This document shows positions 1-9,418 of a DNA stretch of 45,396 nt, in pieces. Position numbers and translations under genes: made by a program. Every line of letters begins with the position of its first letter. The first letter of the stretch is position 1. Under the pieces are notes generated by a model, which made no database searches, was not told where the DNA came from, and saw nothing but the letters and a program-made list of their open reading frames with translations. The stretch lies in contig JAQBGU010000008.1 of the NCBI GenBank assembly GCA_032128375.1, forward strand, positions 1 through 45,396. The letters are read 5' to 3'. This stretch comes from Deltaproteobacteria bacterium (GTDB lineage: Bacteria > Myxococcota_A > UBA9160 > SMWR01).

Positions 1-120
1 CCTTGGACGGTGCCGCGGTACAGCCCAAGTATCTGCCCAATTGTAGTTTATCGCGTCGACGGAGTGTCGATCAGAGTCTCTCGCTGCCGCGACCACCCAC
101 CTCCAATTTGGGCGAAAGTT

Positions 121-1860
121 TCAGTCGAGTTGGTACCGGTCTCGCCAGTCTCCATCCTCATGGAGTTCGGGTTGTTCTTCCTTCAGAAGAATTTGGTTTC
201 CGAGCACGAGAACATCCATCTCGGTTCGCATGAAGCACAGATAGGCGTCCTGTGGCGAACATACGATCGGCTCGCCGCGGACATTGAACGAGGTGTTGAT
301 CAGTACTGGGCAACCGGTCATCTGATCGAACGCGGCCAGAAGATCGTAGAATTCGGGTTGCGCGTCTCGAGTGACCGTCTGCAGCCTCGCGGAGCCGTCC
401 ACGTGGGTTACGGCCGGGATCTTTCTGTCCGGGTTGACCTGGCAAACAAGCAGCATATAGGGGCTCTCGCGATCGATTTCGAACCATTCGGACGCCTTTT
501 CAGCCAGCACGGCCGGCGCGAACGGGCGGAAACTCTCGCGGAACTTGATCTTCAGGTTCACGCGCTTCCAGTTCTCTTCGTTGCGCGCGTCGGCCAAGAT
601 GCTCCGGCAGCCGAGCGACCGCGGACCCCACTCGAGTCGTCCCTGGAACCATCCGATGACCGCCTGGTCGACGTCCAGGCGGCGGGCCGATTCCTGGATC
701 ATTTCGTCGCGCTCGAGTGTGCGATAGGGTGCGCCCCGTTCATCGAGATAGCTCTTGATGGCAGCGTCCGAAAAGGACGGGCCCCAGTACGCGTGGTCCA
801 TCTTCGTGCTGCGAGGCTTCTTCAGCACGCAATTGTGGATAAACAGCGCAGCTCCGAGCGCCCCACCCGCGTCACCTGCGGCGGGTTGGACCCACAACTG
901 CTCGAAGGGGCCTTCCCGGACAATCCGGCCGTTGGATACGCAGTTGAGCGCCACGCCGCCGGCCATCACGAGGTTGCGCATGTGGGTCTTCTCGTGGAGG
1001 TCGCGAACCAGCCGGAGCATTGCTTCTTCCGTCACGGCCTGGACACTTGCCGCCATATCCCAGTGGAACTGCTCCATTTCTGATTCGCCCTGGCGCACCG
1101 GTTCACCAAAGAGCGCAGCGAAGCGGTCGTTGGTCATCGTCAGTCCGTAGTCGAATGCGAAGTACTTCATGTTCAATCTGAACGAGCCATCGTCCCGCAG
1201 ATCGATGATGTGCTCCAAGATCTTGTTCGTGTACTTTGGCTCACCATAGGGCGCGGCGCCCATGACCTTGTACTCAGCGCTGTTGACCTTGAATCCGAGG
1301 TAGTAGGTAAATGCGCTGTAGAGCAGTCCAAGCGAATGCGGAAAACGGACCTCACTCAGCAGCTCGAAGCTGTCACCTCGTCCAATTCCCTGGGTCGTGG
1401 TGGCCCATTCGCCCACTCCATCACAGGTCAGAATTGCGGCTTCCTCGAATGGCGAAGGCAGGAATGCAGAGGCCGCGTGCGACTGGTGATGTTCGGCGAA
1501 CAGCACCTCACCGTCGTAGCCGAGCTTCTCTCGAATCACGTTGGGGACCCAGAGCTTCTCTTTGAGCCAGATCGGGATCGACTTGGTGAAGGAAGGCAGC
1601 GACTTTGGAAATGTCGCGATGTAGGTGATCAGGATTCGTTCGAATTTCACGAATGGCTTGTCGTAGAATGCGACGAAATCGATGTCTTCGATCGTCAATC
1701 CAGCCTCTTCGAGGCAGTATTTCACCGCTTCGGCTGGCAGGGCAGGGTCGTGCCGAATTCGGGTAAATCGCTCCTCGTGCGCGGCAGCGATCAGCTTGCC
1801 ATCTACCAGCAGCGCTGCCGCAGAGTCGTGATAGAAACACGAAAGGCCGAGGATCTTCAC
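121..1860 (-). CDS. Carbamoyltransferase, NodU/CmcH/TobZ family
   Basis: N-terminus (V/M)KILGLSCFYHDSAAALL, EHHQSHAASAF metal-binding motif, DGVGE, EYKVMG, AGGVALNCV, QPAAGDAG, KFRESFRPFAP and NTSFNVRGEPIV. Start moved to GTG 1860 with GGAG upstream; the ORF-track extension to 2106 overlaps the next gene. Confidence 0.93.
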   Translation of the reverse strand: MKILGLSCFYHDSAAALLVDGKLIAAAHEERFTRIRHDPALPAEAVKYCLEEAGLTIEDIDFVAFYDKPFVKFERILITYIATFPKSLPSFTKSIPIWLKEKLWVPNVIREKLGYDGEVLFAEHHQSHAASAFLPSPFEEAAILTCDGVGEWATTTQGIGRGDSFELLSEVRFPHSLGLLYSAFTYYLGFKVNSAEYKVMGAAPYGEPKYTNKILEHIIDLRDDGSFRLNMKYFAFDYGLTMTNDRFAALFGEPVRQGESEMEQFHWDMAASVQAVTEEAMLRLVRDLHEKTHMRNLVMAGGVALNCVSNGRIVREGPFEQLWVQPAAGDAGGALGAALFIHNCVLKKPRSTKMDHAYWGPSFSDAAIKSYLDERGAPYRTLERDEMIQESARRLDVDQAVIGWFQGRLEWGPRSLGCRSILADARNEENWKRVNLKIKFRESFRPFAPAVLAEKASEWFEIDRESPYMLLVCQVNPDRKIPAVTHVDGSARLQTVTRDAQPEFYDLLAAFDQMTGCPVLINTSFNVRGEPIVCSPQDAYLCFMRTEMDVLVLGNQILLKEEQPELHEDGDWRDRYQLD

Positions 1861-1957
1861 ACGTTCGCTCTCCAATTTCCTGGGTCGTTGCTTGTCGTCG
1901 CCGTAGTTGGCGCCGCCATATTCGCTACGGGCGCCGCCCTGCCTGCCATGGCTATGG

Positions 1958-2221
1958 CTATGAAAGACGCTTGGCTCGTTCGAGATCCGGCTTTGCGGAG
2001 TCCGCTTCGATCCATGCCGAACCCGTGGCCCTCCATCCGCGCTTGCTGAGCAGGTCGGCTCGGCCGATGTACATGCCGATTGCAACTGGGCCGAGCAGAA
2101 CCGCATACACGAAGACCAGCAGCATTAGCGTCTGCACATATCCGAAGCGCCCCGCGATCGCCATCCAACCGTTCAGCAGACGACGACCGAGGCCCAGGCG
2201 CGCTTGTTCAGCATCGGCCAC
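1958..2221 (-). CDS. Small membrane protein, SxtJ-like
   Basis: W-M-x-x-A-x-R-F-G followed by a hydrophobic stretch (LMLLVFVYAVLLGPVAIGM), then GRADLL...SAW. This matches the C-terminal half of the SxtJ-type proteins that accompany carbamoyltransferases. GTG start with GGGGAG SD. Confidence 0.7.
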   Translation of the reverse strand: MADAEQARLGLGRRLLNGWMAIAGRFGYVQTLMLLVFVYAVLLGPVAIGMYIGRADLLSKRGWRATGSAWIEADSAKPDLERAKRLS

Positions 2222-2428
2222 GGCTAGCTCCCCTTCCTTCAAATGTTTCTCGGACTGATGTGCGCATCAGTGAAGCCCCAAAGCCCCAATCGAGATCGAT
2301 TCTGGAGCGTTACTCGGCAAAATATCCCACCTGGGCTCTTGTCGACGGCATGCGCTTCTAGGCGACTCGATTATTCCGTAACCCGATGAAATCCGGAATA
2401 CCGCTACGCAAGTATAGTCGCCGACCTA

Positions 2429-2497
2429 GGAACTTTAGTTCCCACTAGAGAATTTTCTTCCCAAAGAGGGAAATCTATTTCACACTATCGGTGCCAA
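2429..2497. promoter_or_regulatory. AT-rich divergent promoter region with short palindromes
   Basis: GGAAC-TTTA-GTTCC (2429-2442) and TTCCC-AAAGA-GGGAA (2458-2472). An imperfect sigma54-like TGGCAC-N5-GTGT lies on the minus strand at about 2482-2496. The region lies between divergent operons. Confidence 0.35.
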
Positions 2498-2629
2498 GTG
2501 TCGATTGGGATGGTGGGTTCGGTAGCTTGATTTCGAAGTTCGACGCTCTGATGAAACGGCGACGGGTTTGTCCCCGAGGGGAGCCCTGCTCGCCGCTACG
2601 GGTGAATTGCCTGTCATGAGGAACGACTG

Positions 2630-4051
2630 ATGGCTGAGCGGTTTCGAGTCCTGGTGATCGATGATGATCCCAGTGTAAGGGACTACATGGAGGCGCTGGT
2701 ATCGCGGCAGGGATACAACGTGTTTGCCGTTGCCGATGGCGAAGAAGCGCTCCGTACACTGGATCGCACCAGGCCCGATCTGGTGACATTGGATGTGGTT
2801 CTTCCGGGAATGGACGGTTTGGAGACGCTCCATCAACTCAAACAGAAACTCCCGGAGGTGCCGGTGGTGATGCTGTCTGGCCACGGCCAGGCCCGAAACA
2901 TTGTCGAAGCGATGCGGCGCGGCGCATCGGATTTTCTACGCAAGCCGTTCGAGGTGGAGGAACTCGAACTCGCGTTCGGGAAGGCGCTGGAAAAGCGCGC
3001 ATTGAAACAGGAAGTGGAACGCCTGCGAGGCCGGACTCGATCGGAAGCCGAGTTCATGATGCTGACCGGCGACAGCCAGAAGATGAGGGAAATTCGCGAC
3101 ATCGTCGAGCAGGTGGCAGATACCGACATCACAGTCTTGGTGCGGGGGGATAGTGGTACCGGCAAGGAAGTCGTCGCGCGGCAGCTGTACCAACTCTCGA
3201 CTCGGCGCGACAAGCCCTTCGTGAAGGTCAACTGTGCGGCACTTCCGTCGGAGCTGCTCGAAAGCGAGTTGTTCGGCTTCGAGAAGGGCGCCTTCACGGG
3301 TGCGCAGAAGCGCAAGCTCGGAAAGTTCGAATACGCGAACCACGGGACGATCTTCCTCGATGAGATCAGCGAGATGCACCCGTCACTCCAGGCGAAGCTG
3401 TTGCAGGTTCTCCAGGACGGCGAGTTCTCCCGATTGGGAAGTGAGAGCGACGTTCACGTCGATACCCGCATCATCGCCGCGACCAATCGCAATCTCGAAG
3501 AGGCAGTGGCTGACGGCAGCTTCCGCGAAGATCTCTACTACCGATTGAACGTCGTGACGGTCCACCTGCCGCCGCTGCGCGAACGCAAGGATGCGATTCC
3601 GCTCTTGATCGACCAATTTCTCCAGAAAAACAACGAGCAGTACAACAAGTCCCTGAAGCAATTGAATCCGGCGACCATGGAGGCCCTGCAACGTTACGAC
3701 TGGCCTGGAAACATCCGCGAACTGGAGAACATGATTCGTCGCATGGTGGTGCTGGGCAACGAGCAGGCTGTAATCGACGAAATCGAACAATTGTCCAAAC
3801 GAACCAACAGCAGCGAAGAAGTCAAAGATTCCCTGGACCTCGATGCCCTGGGTGCAGATTTCTCGAGTGAGCAAGGGATCGATCTAAAGCGAATCTCCCG
3901 ACGTGCCGCTCAGCTAGCCGAAAAGCGGGTGATCGAGCGTGTTCTGGAGCAAACCCGCTGGAATCGAAAGGAAGCGGCTGAGAGACTGCAGATCAGCTAC
4001 AAGGCTCTGCTGTACAAAATGAAGGAGAACGGTCTCAGTGAAAAGCGCTGA
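2630..4051 (+). CDS. Sigma54-dependent response regulator (NtrC family; REC-AAA+-Fis HTH)
   Basis: REC domain (VLVIDDD...LDVVLPGMDG...KPF), Walker A GDSGTGKE, GAFTGA, FREDLYYRLNV, WPGNIRELEN and a C-terminal HTH (WNRKEAAERLQISYKALLYK). GAGGA SD. Confidence 0.96.
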   Translation: MAERFRVLVIDDDPSVRDYMEALVSRQGYNVFAVADGEEALRTLDRTRPDLVTLDVVLPGMDGLETLHQLKQKLPEVPVVMLSGHGQARNIVEAMRRGASDFLRKPFEVEELELAFGKALEKRALKQEVERLRGRTRSEAEFMMLTGDSQKMREIRDIVEQVADTDITVLVRGDSGTGKEVVARQLYQLSTRRDKPFVKVNCAALPSELLESELFGFEKGAFTGAQKRKLGKFEYANHGTIFLDEISEMHPSLQAKLLQVLQDGEFSRLGSESDVHVDTRIIAATNRNLEEAVADGSFREDLYYRLNVVTVHLPPLRERKDAIPLLIDQFLQKNNEQYNKSLKQLNPATMEALQRYDWPGNIRELENMIRRMVVLGNEQAVIDEIEQLSKRTNSSEEVKDSLDLDALGADFSSEQGIDLKRISRRAAQLAEKRVIERVLEQTRWNRKEAAERLQISYKALLYKMKENGLSEKR

Positions 4052-4079
4052 CGGCCAGATTCGAACGACTGGAGTTTGG

Positions 4080-4688
4080 ATGCACGATCGACGGAGGGCG
4101 GCGCGGTATGTCCTCGTGCTGGCCGGCGTAGCGAACTGGATGGCCTGTGGCGGCCGTGTCATCCATCCATCGCCGCCGGACCCGGACCCGATGTCGCGTG
4201 AAAGCTATGTGATCGGTGTTCAAGACTCGATCGGCATCACGGTTTGGAGAAATCCAGATCTGAACGTGAACGTGACCGTTCGTAACGATGGAAAGATCTC
4301 GGTTCCGCTGGTTGACGACGTACAGGCAGAAGGCCTGACGGCGATGGAACTCAAAGCCGTGATCACCCGGGAGCTGGGGGAATTCATCACGGCTCCCGAT
4401 GTCACCGTCATCGTACACGAAATGCGCAGCCAGTCGGTCAGCCTGATAGGCGCATTGGTCCGAAGCGGACGCCTCCCCATAGGGCGCGATCTTCGAGTAC
4501 TCGACGCGATCATCACGATGGGGGGCTTCGCTCCATTCGCGGACAAGAGCAATGTACAGATTGTACGGCAAATTCAAGATGGAACGGAAGAAACCTACCG
4601 ATTCGACTACGATGCCTACGTCCAGGGCAAAGCACCCGGCTCCAACATCGTGCTCCGAAATGGCGATACGATCATCGTTTCCGACTAA
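4080..4688 (+). CDS. Polysaccharide export (OPX/Wza-like) lipoprotein, short form
   Basis: Lipobox-like WMAC, Poly_export motif (YVIGVQDSI...VRNDGKISVPLV) and SLBB domain (LDAIITMGGF...LRNGDTIIV). It ends at about 202 aa with no outer-membrane helix. ATG 4080 with GGAG. Confidence 0.9.
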   Translation: MHDRRRAARYVLVLAGVANWMACGGRVIHPSPPDPDPMSRESYVIGVQDSIGITVWRNPDLNVNVTVRNDGKISVPLVDDVQAEGLTAMELKAVITRELGEFITAPDVTVIVHEMRSQSVSLIGALVRSGRLPIGRDLRVLDAIITMGGFAPFADKSNVQIVRQIQDGTEETYRFDYDAYVQGKAPGSNIVLRNGDTIIVSD

Positions 4689-4708
4689 GAGATCTTGTGG
4701 GGGATCCG

Positions 4709-5986
4709 ATGCTCGCGCGTGCAGTGCTGCTTCTGGCGGGAATCACCCTGTCCCTTCCTGCTCTTGCCGTTGATGTGGATTTGGCAGTGAACACGTCGAG
4801 TGAGTACGACACCAATGTGTCGCGAAGCGATGGAAAGAAAGAGGGTGACTTCTCCTTTCGGATCGGACCCACGGTCCAGGTGCACGATGAGATCCGAAAG
4901 CTTCACTACCAAGTTCGATACAGCCCGATTTACCAGAAATTCGTTCGGGAAGACCAGTTCGACAAGCTCAGCCACTTTGCGGGCGGAAACTTGGACTACC
5001 GGATCGGAGACAAGACTGGCATTTCTCTGACCGAAAATTTCAGATTCACGCAGTCGATCAATCAAGAGGACCCCGGGACAGTCGGAGCCGACATCGAATC
5101 GCCAAGCACGGAGACTCGACGCGGAGACATCTACTCCAATATCGCGAGACTCGAAGCGCACCACAGTTTCACGCCGCGTGTTTCGGGACAGTCGATTTTG
5201 ACATACGAGTATTTCGACTCGTCCAACGACAATACGGCCAAGAACACGAGCCTGGCTGGACTCACCAGCTTGTCCTACGCCGTCAGTGCCCGGGATCGCA
5301 TTGGGGGCGGTGGAGGGGTGACTCGGCAGCAATTCGACAGGGTGCCAGGCCAGCCAGCCTCAGAAACCCTCACGTATCGGATCTTCGCGAGTTGGTTGCA
5401 CAACTTCGGTCAGAACACCGAGCTCAGCCTCCGAGGCGGACCGGCGCTGATTTCGACCAATCAGGACAAACCGAATTCCATCAGGCCCTTACTAGAGCTA
5501 GATCCAGCTGCGAAAAATCCCGGCCGCACCAAGGATACTTCGGTCACTTTCTTCGGCGAGGCCAGTTTGTCACACGACTGGACCCAGACGCTGTCATCGT
5601 TTTTGTCGTACAACCGCACGGACGGTTCTGCGTCGAGTCTCGGGTCGAGTACGGTCGCAGATAGTGTGACGTTTCTGACGAACTGGGACCCGATTCGGAA
5701 GCTGGACATTACCCTTCGCGGCGACTGGGTGCAGCGAAAGAGCGCCAACGATATCACGCAAGCCTCTCGCAGCGGTCTTGATACCACCGATCGCGCGGTC
5801 GATACGACCTATTATAGTGCGTCCGCACGGGCCGGATACCGCGCTTCACAGCGAATCACGTTGTCGGCGAGGTTGACGTATCAGAAGCAGGACAACAATG
5901 GCGCGTCTGTCTCCAATACTTCGGACTTCGGCGATTTCATCGCTTTCTTGGGTTTTCGCTACGAATTTGATCCGTTCCATTTCTAG
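4709..5986 (+). CDS. Outer-membrane beta-barrel protein of EPS locus (EpsX/WzpX-like)
   Basis: Signal peptide (…SLPALA), EYDTNV motif, alternating amphipathic strands and C-terminal FLGFRYEFDPFHF ending in Phe. Lies between the OPX and chain-length genes. Confidence 0.8.
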   Translation: MLARAVLLLAGITLSLPALAVDVDLAVNTSSEYDTNVSRSDGKKEGDFSFRIGPTVQVHDEIRKLHYQVRYSPIYQKFVREDQFDKLSHFAGGNLDYRIGDKTGISLTENFRFTQSINQEDPGTVGADIESPSTETRRGDIYSNIARLEAHHSFTPRVSGQSILTYEYFDSSNDNTAKNTSLAGLTSLSYAVSARDRIGGGGGVTRQQFDRVPGQPASETLTYRIFASWLHNFGQNTELSLRGGPALISTNQDKPNSIRPLLELDPAAKNPGRTKDTSVTFFGEASLSHDWTQTLSSFLSYNRTDGSASSLGSSTVADSVTFLTNWDPIRKLDITLRGDWVQRKSANDITQASRSGLDTTDRAVDTTYYSASARAGYRASQRITLSARLTYQKQDNNGASVSNTSDFGDFIAFLGFRYEFDPFHF

Positions 5987-6007
5987 GGAGCTACACAGAA
6001 TTTCGTA

Positions 6008-7648
6008 ATGAACGTAGAAGCTGGACTACAAATCGGGGACATCTGGGGCATCGTGCGCCGGCGCGGCAAGGTCGTTGCGATGACGTCACTGGTGTTGATG
6101 TTGTCGGCCTATTGGATCGCGATGGCCTTGCCCAATGAGTACTCGAGTTACGCGACCGTACTCGTAGAGCCGCAGACTGTCGATCCGGATCTGGTCTCCT
6201 CAGCCGTGGCGGCAAGTGACCTGAACAGTCGACTGGCGTTGATGTCGGCTCGGATCCTCAGCCGTTCCCGCCTGTCTCGGATCATCGATGAATTGAATTT
6301 GTACAAAGAACAGTCGACCTACATGCTGCGTGAGCAGGTCATCGATCTGATGCGGGGAATGGTCAGCGTGGAGCCGGTCGCCTCCGCACTCGCCCAGGCC
6401 TCCCAAAGCAGAACGCCAGAGGCGATCAACCAATTCAAAATCACCTTCACCGACGGCGACCCGCGGGTCGCGATGAAGGTTACGCAACAACTGTCGAACG
6501 ACTTCATCGAACAGCACATTGAAGACCGAATCAGCATCTCGCAGAAGAGTCTCGAGTTCATCGACGAAGAACTCGAGCGGCTCGCCAAACGGATTCGCGA
6601 TATCGAAGCGCGTGTGGCCGAAGTCAAGGCAGACAACACGGGGCGATTGCCCGAGGACATGATCTCGAGCCAGCATCGACTGGAGCGTCTGACGACCGAC
6701 TTGGCGTTCGTACAGCGTACCTATGCTGAGTCGACGAGCGACGAGGCCTTCTTCCGCAGCCAGGTCAGCAACGCAGAGTCAGTGTCGCGCCTCGAAGAGG
6801 TCAGTCCGGCGCGTCGATTGGCGGGGCTGGACGTCGTGCTTACCGACTATAAGGCACGGGGCTACACCGAAAAGCACCCCGACGTGGTCAAGGCGCAACA
6901 GGAAGTCTTGGAAATTCGCGCGTTCATGGCGCGCCAGCAGGCGTCTGGGGAAGGCGAAGCCGGAGAAGCCGAGCAGACCCTGTCGTTCTCCCAACAGAGC
7001 GCCGAGGCCGAACGGAGGCGGGCCGAGCTTCGCAAACAGTCAGCCGGAGAGGAGATCGCTCGGGTGCAGGCCGCGATAGATGATGTCCAACTGTTGTTGT
7101 CTGAGACGCCAGCGGTTGCAGAGTTGCTCAATGGTCTGGAGCGGGAATACAGGCATCTCTTCTCGAGCTATCAGGATTTCAGCAACCGGCAGCTCGAAGC
7201 GACCGTGCAAGCACAACTCGAGCGTCGCCAGCTAGGTGAACACTTCCGTGTGCTCGAATCCGCTTTCATCGCGTCGGAACCATCTTCGCCGGACAGGCTG
7301 ATGATCATCGCACTTGGCGTCGTGTTCGCACTCGCGGTTGGGATCGGGTTGGGCATCGTTCTGGAGAGCGTCGACGGTTCGGTTCACAGCGCACGCCAGC
7401 TACAGAGCGCGATCGGAATTCCGGTGTTGGCCGCGATTCCGCGCATCTGCCTGGAGGCTGACATTGCCGCGCTTCGCCGCAGTCGGCTGCTTTCCGCTTT
7501 CGGAGCGACTGCGATGACCGTGTTTGCGATCGCTGGTGGCGTGGTGAACTATATGTGGGTCAACGGCGCGCCGGATTTCCTGAGTGCTGCCACCGACGGG
7601 GAGAGCGAGCCGGTTGAGGAACCGGCTCGGACTCGCGCCGGGAGCTAG
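6008..7648 (+). CDS. Polysaccharide chain-length determinant / co-polymerase (Wzc/GumC-like, no kinase domain)
   Basis: N-terminal TM, YSSYATVLVEP, long coiled coil with YTEKHPDV, FRVLESA...PSSPDR plus TM, and GIPVLAAIP. Confidence 0.9.
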   Translation: MNVEAGLQIGDIWGIVRRRGKVVAMTSLVLMLSAYWIAMALPNEYSSYATVLVEPQTVDPDLVSSAVAASDLNSRLALMSARILSRSRLSRIIDELNLYKEQSTYMLREQVIDLMRGMVSVEPVASALAQASQSRTPEAINQFKITFTDGDPRVAMKVTQQLSNDFIEQHIEDRISISQKSLEFIDEELERLAKRIRDIEARVAEVKADNTGRLPEDMISSQHRLERLTTDLAFVQRTYAESTSDEAFFRSQVSNAESVSRLEEVSPARRLAGLDVVLTDYKARGYTEKHPDVVKAQQEVLEIRAFMARQQASGEGEAGEAEQTLSFSQQSAEAERRRAELRKQSAGEEIARVQAAIDDVQLLLSETPAVAELLNGLEREYRHLFSSYQDFSNRQLEATVQAQLERRQLGEHFRVLESAFIASEPSSPDRLMIIALGVVFALAVGIGLGIVLESVDGSVHSARQLQSAIGIPVLAAIPRICLEADIAALRRSRLLSAFGATAMTVFAIAGGVVNYMWVNGAPDFLSAATDGESEPVEEPARTRAGS

Positions 7649-7650
7649 AC

Positions 7651-8532
7651 GTGTACCGAACCTACTATGGTCTGATTCGTTCTCCGTTCGAGATGACGCC
7701 CGACCCATCATTTCTCTACCTTGGTGAGACTCACCGGGAAGGGTTGGCCACGCTTGTCTACGGTGTCCAGAAGAGGAAGGGGTTTGTGCTGCTGACGGGA
7801 GAGGTCGGTACCGGTAAGACCACCCTCTTGCACGCGCTGCTTGCGCAACTGGACTCGACGACCGATACCGCGTTCATTTTCAATCCCAAACTGAGCGTGC
7901 TCGACTTCTTTCGAATGCTGCTCGACGAGCTCGAGATCCCAGTCGCGTGCGAAACGAAGGCAGAGTACCTGCTGGCGCTGAACCGATTCCTGATCGACCG
8001 CCTGCAAAGGAACCGGACGGTGCTGTTGATTGTCGACGAGGCACAGAACCTTTCGACGGAGATGCTCGAGGAGGTCCGCCTGTTGTCGAACCTCGAGACG
8101 TCGACATCGAAATTGATCCAGATCATGCTGGTCGGGCAGCCCGAATTGAACGAAATGCTCGCTCGCCCGGAACTGCGCCAGCTTCGGCAGCGAATCGTAT
8201 TGAGTCACCACCTTCTCCCGTTCAATCAGACGGAGATCGACGCATATGTCGATGAGCGGCTCCGACTCGCAGGATATACGGGGAAGGGGATCTTCAAGCG
8301 ATCAGCCCGCAATGAGCTGGGCGCGGTGACCGGCGGCATTCCGAGGCTGCTCAACGTGGTCTGTGACGGAGCGCTCTTGACCGGCTACGGTCGCGAGCAA
8401 CTCACATTGGATGCCTCGGTTATCCGGGAAGTGGCCGAGGGGCTGCGTCTCATTGACAAGCCATTGACGGATCAGACCGGCATCGCGCCGGGCGATCGGA
8501 AGCGACGCGGATTTCTGGGTCTATTCCGGTAG
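7651..8532 (+). CDS. ExeA/GspA-like AAA ATPase
   Basis: MYRTYYGL..PF.MTPDP start, Walker A GEVGTGKTT, Walker B LLIVDEAQNL, LVGQPEL, LRQRI and GGIPRLLN. Confidence 0.92.
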   Translation: MYRTYYGLIRSPFEMTPDPSFLYLGETHREGLATLVYGVQKRKGFVLLTGEVGTGKTTLLHALLAQLDSTTDTAFIFNPKLSVLDFFRMLLDELEIPVACETKAEYLLALNRFLIDRLQRNRTVLLIVDEAQNLSTEMLEEVRLLSNLETSTSKLIQIMLVGQPELNEMLARPELRQLRQRIVLSHHLLPFNQTEIDAYVDERLRLAGYTGKGIFKRSARNELGAVTGGIPRLLNVVCDGALLTGYGREQLTLDASVIREVAEGLRLIDKPLTDQTGIAPGDRKRRGFLGLFR

Positions 8533-8572
8533 GGCAGAGCGAGCTCGCTACCACGAGAGGGGCAACACAGCC

Positions 8573-9418
8573 ATGGCCAAGATATACGACGCCCTTCGTC
8601 GGGCGGAAGAAGAGCGCATGCGTCTAGTCGGAAGCGAATCCAGCCGACCCGCTCCGCTCACTGTGGAACCAGTGGGGCCTGCGGCCGAAAAGGCCGACCG
8701 CAAACCCTTCTGGAAGCGCGCCGCGTCTCGCACTGCTGTGACGGTCCCGGATGGTTCGGCAGAAGTAAACAAGCGCCGGATTGCACTGCTCCAGCCCGAT
8801 TCGTACATTGCTGAGCAGTTCCGCGGGTTGCGGGGACGAATCGACGCGATCTCCAGCCAGCGCCCGTTGCGCACGATTTCGATTACGAGCGCGTTTCCCG
8901 GCGAAGGCAAGACCACTTGCGCAGTCAACCTCGGAATCGTGTCCGATCTGTCCGTTGCAACGAAGGTACTGCTGATCGACTGTGACCTGCGCCGTCCGAA
9001 AGTACACACGTCGTTGGGGCTTCAACCGGACGTTGGTTTGGGCGAAGTGCTGGCTGGACAAGCGACTCTGGATGAGGCGCTAATGTCTGTCGATGGTGCG
9101 AACCTGGACGTGCTTCCAGTCCGCTTGAGGCCTTCGAACCCGTCGGAATTGTTGGGCTCCCCGGGAATGTCCCAGCTCATCGCGGAGGTATCGACCCGAT
9201 ATGACCGGGTCATTCTCGACACGCCCGCCGCCCTCGGATTGCCGGATGCAAAGGCGGTTAGCGATCTCTGCGACGGCATGGTCCTGGTGGTACGAGCGGA
9301 CGTGACGAGTCAATCGGACATCCAGGCGGTCCTCGAAATCCTGGATCGCCGGCGTTTGCTCGGCATGTTGATCAACGGCGTCGACGTACCCGAAGGCCGA
9401 TACGGGTACGCGAGGTAG
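8573..9418 (+). CDS. CpsD/CapB-family bacterial tyrosine kinase (BY-kinase)
   Basis: MAKIYDAL start, EQFRGLR, Walker A GEGKTT, A' LLIDCDLRRP, Walker B ILDTPA and C-terminal tyrosines (GRYGYAR). Confidence 0.92.
   Translation: MAKIYDALRRAEEERMRLVGSESSRPAPLTVEPVGPAAEKADRKPFWKRAASRTAVTVPDGSAEVNKRRIALLQPDSYIAEQFRGLRGRIDAISSQRPLRTISITSAFPGEGKTTCAVNLGIVSDLSVATKVLLIDCDLRRPKVHTSLGLQPDVGLGEVLAGQATLDEALMSVDGANLDVLPVRLRPSNPSELLGSPGMSQLIAEVSTRYDRVILDTPAALGLPDAKAVSDLCDGMVLVVRADVTSQSDIQAVLEILDRRRLLGMLINGVDVPEGRYGYAR

Noticed and set aside
1..120. Start of another minus-strand gene after GGAGGT at the left edge
   Set aside because: Only ~30 codons are visible, with no recognisable motif and SD spacing that is too tight.
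1857..1949. 30-aa minus-strand ORF (MAGRAAPVANMAAPTTATTSNDPGNWRANV) overlapping the carbamoyltransferase start, as a possible SxtK/DUF5989 or precursor peptide
   Set aside because: It has no clear SD, is not hydrophobic like DUF5989, and has no recognisable motif. It cannot be supported without homologues.
121..2221. Saxitoxin biosynthesis cluster
   Set aside because: Only generic SxtI/SxtJ-like family members are present, with no sxtA, sxtG or other core genes.
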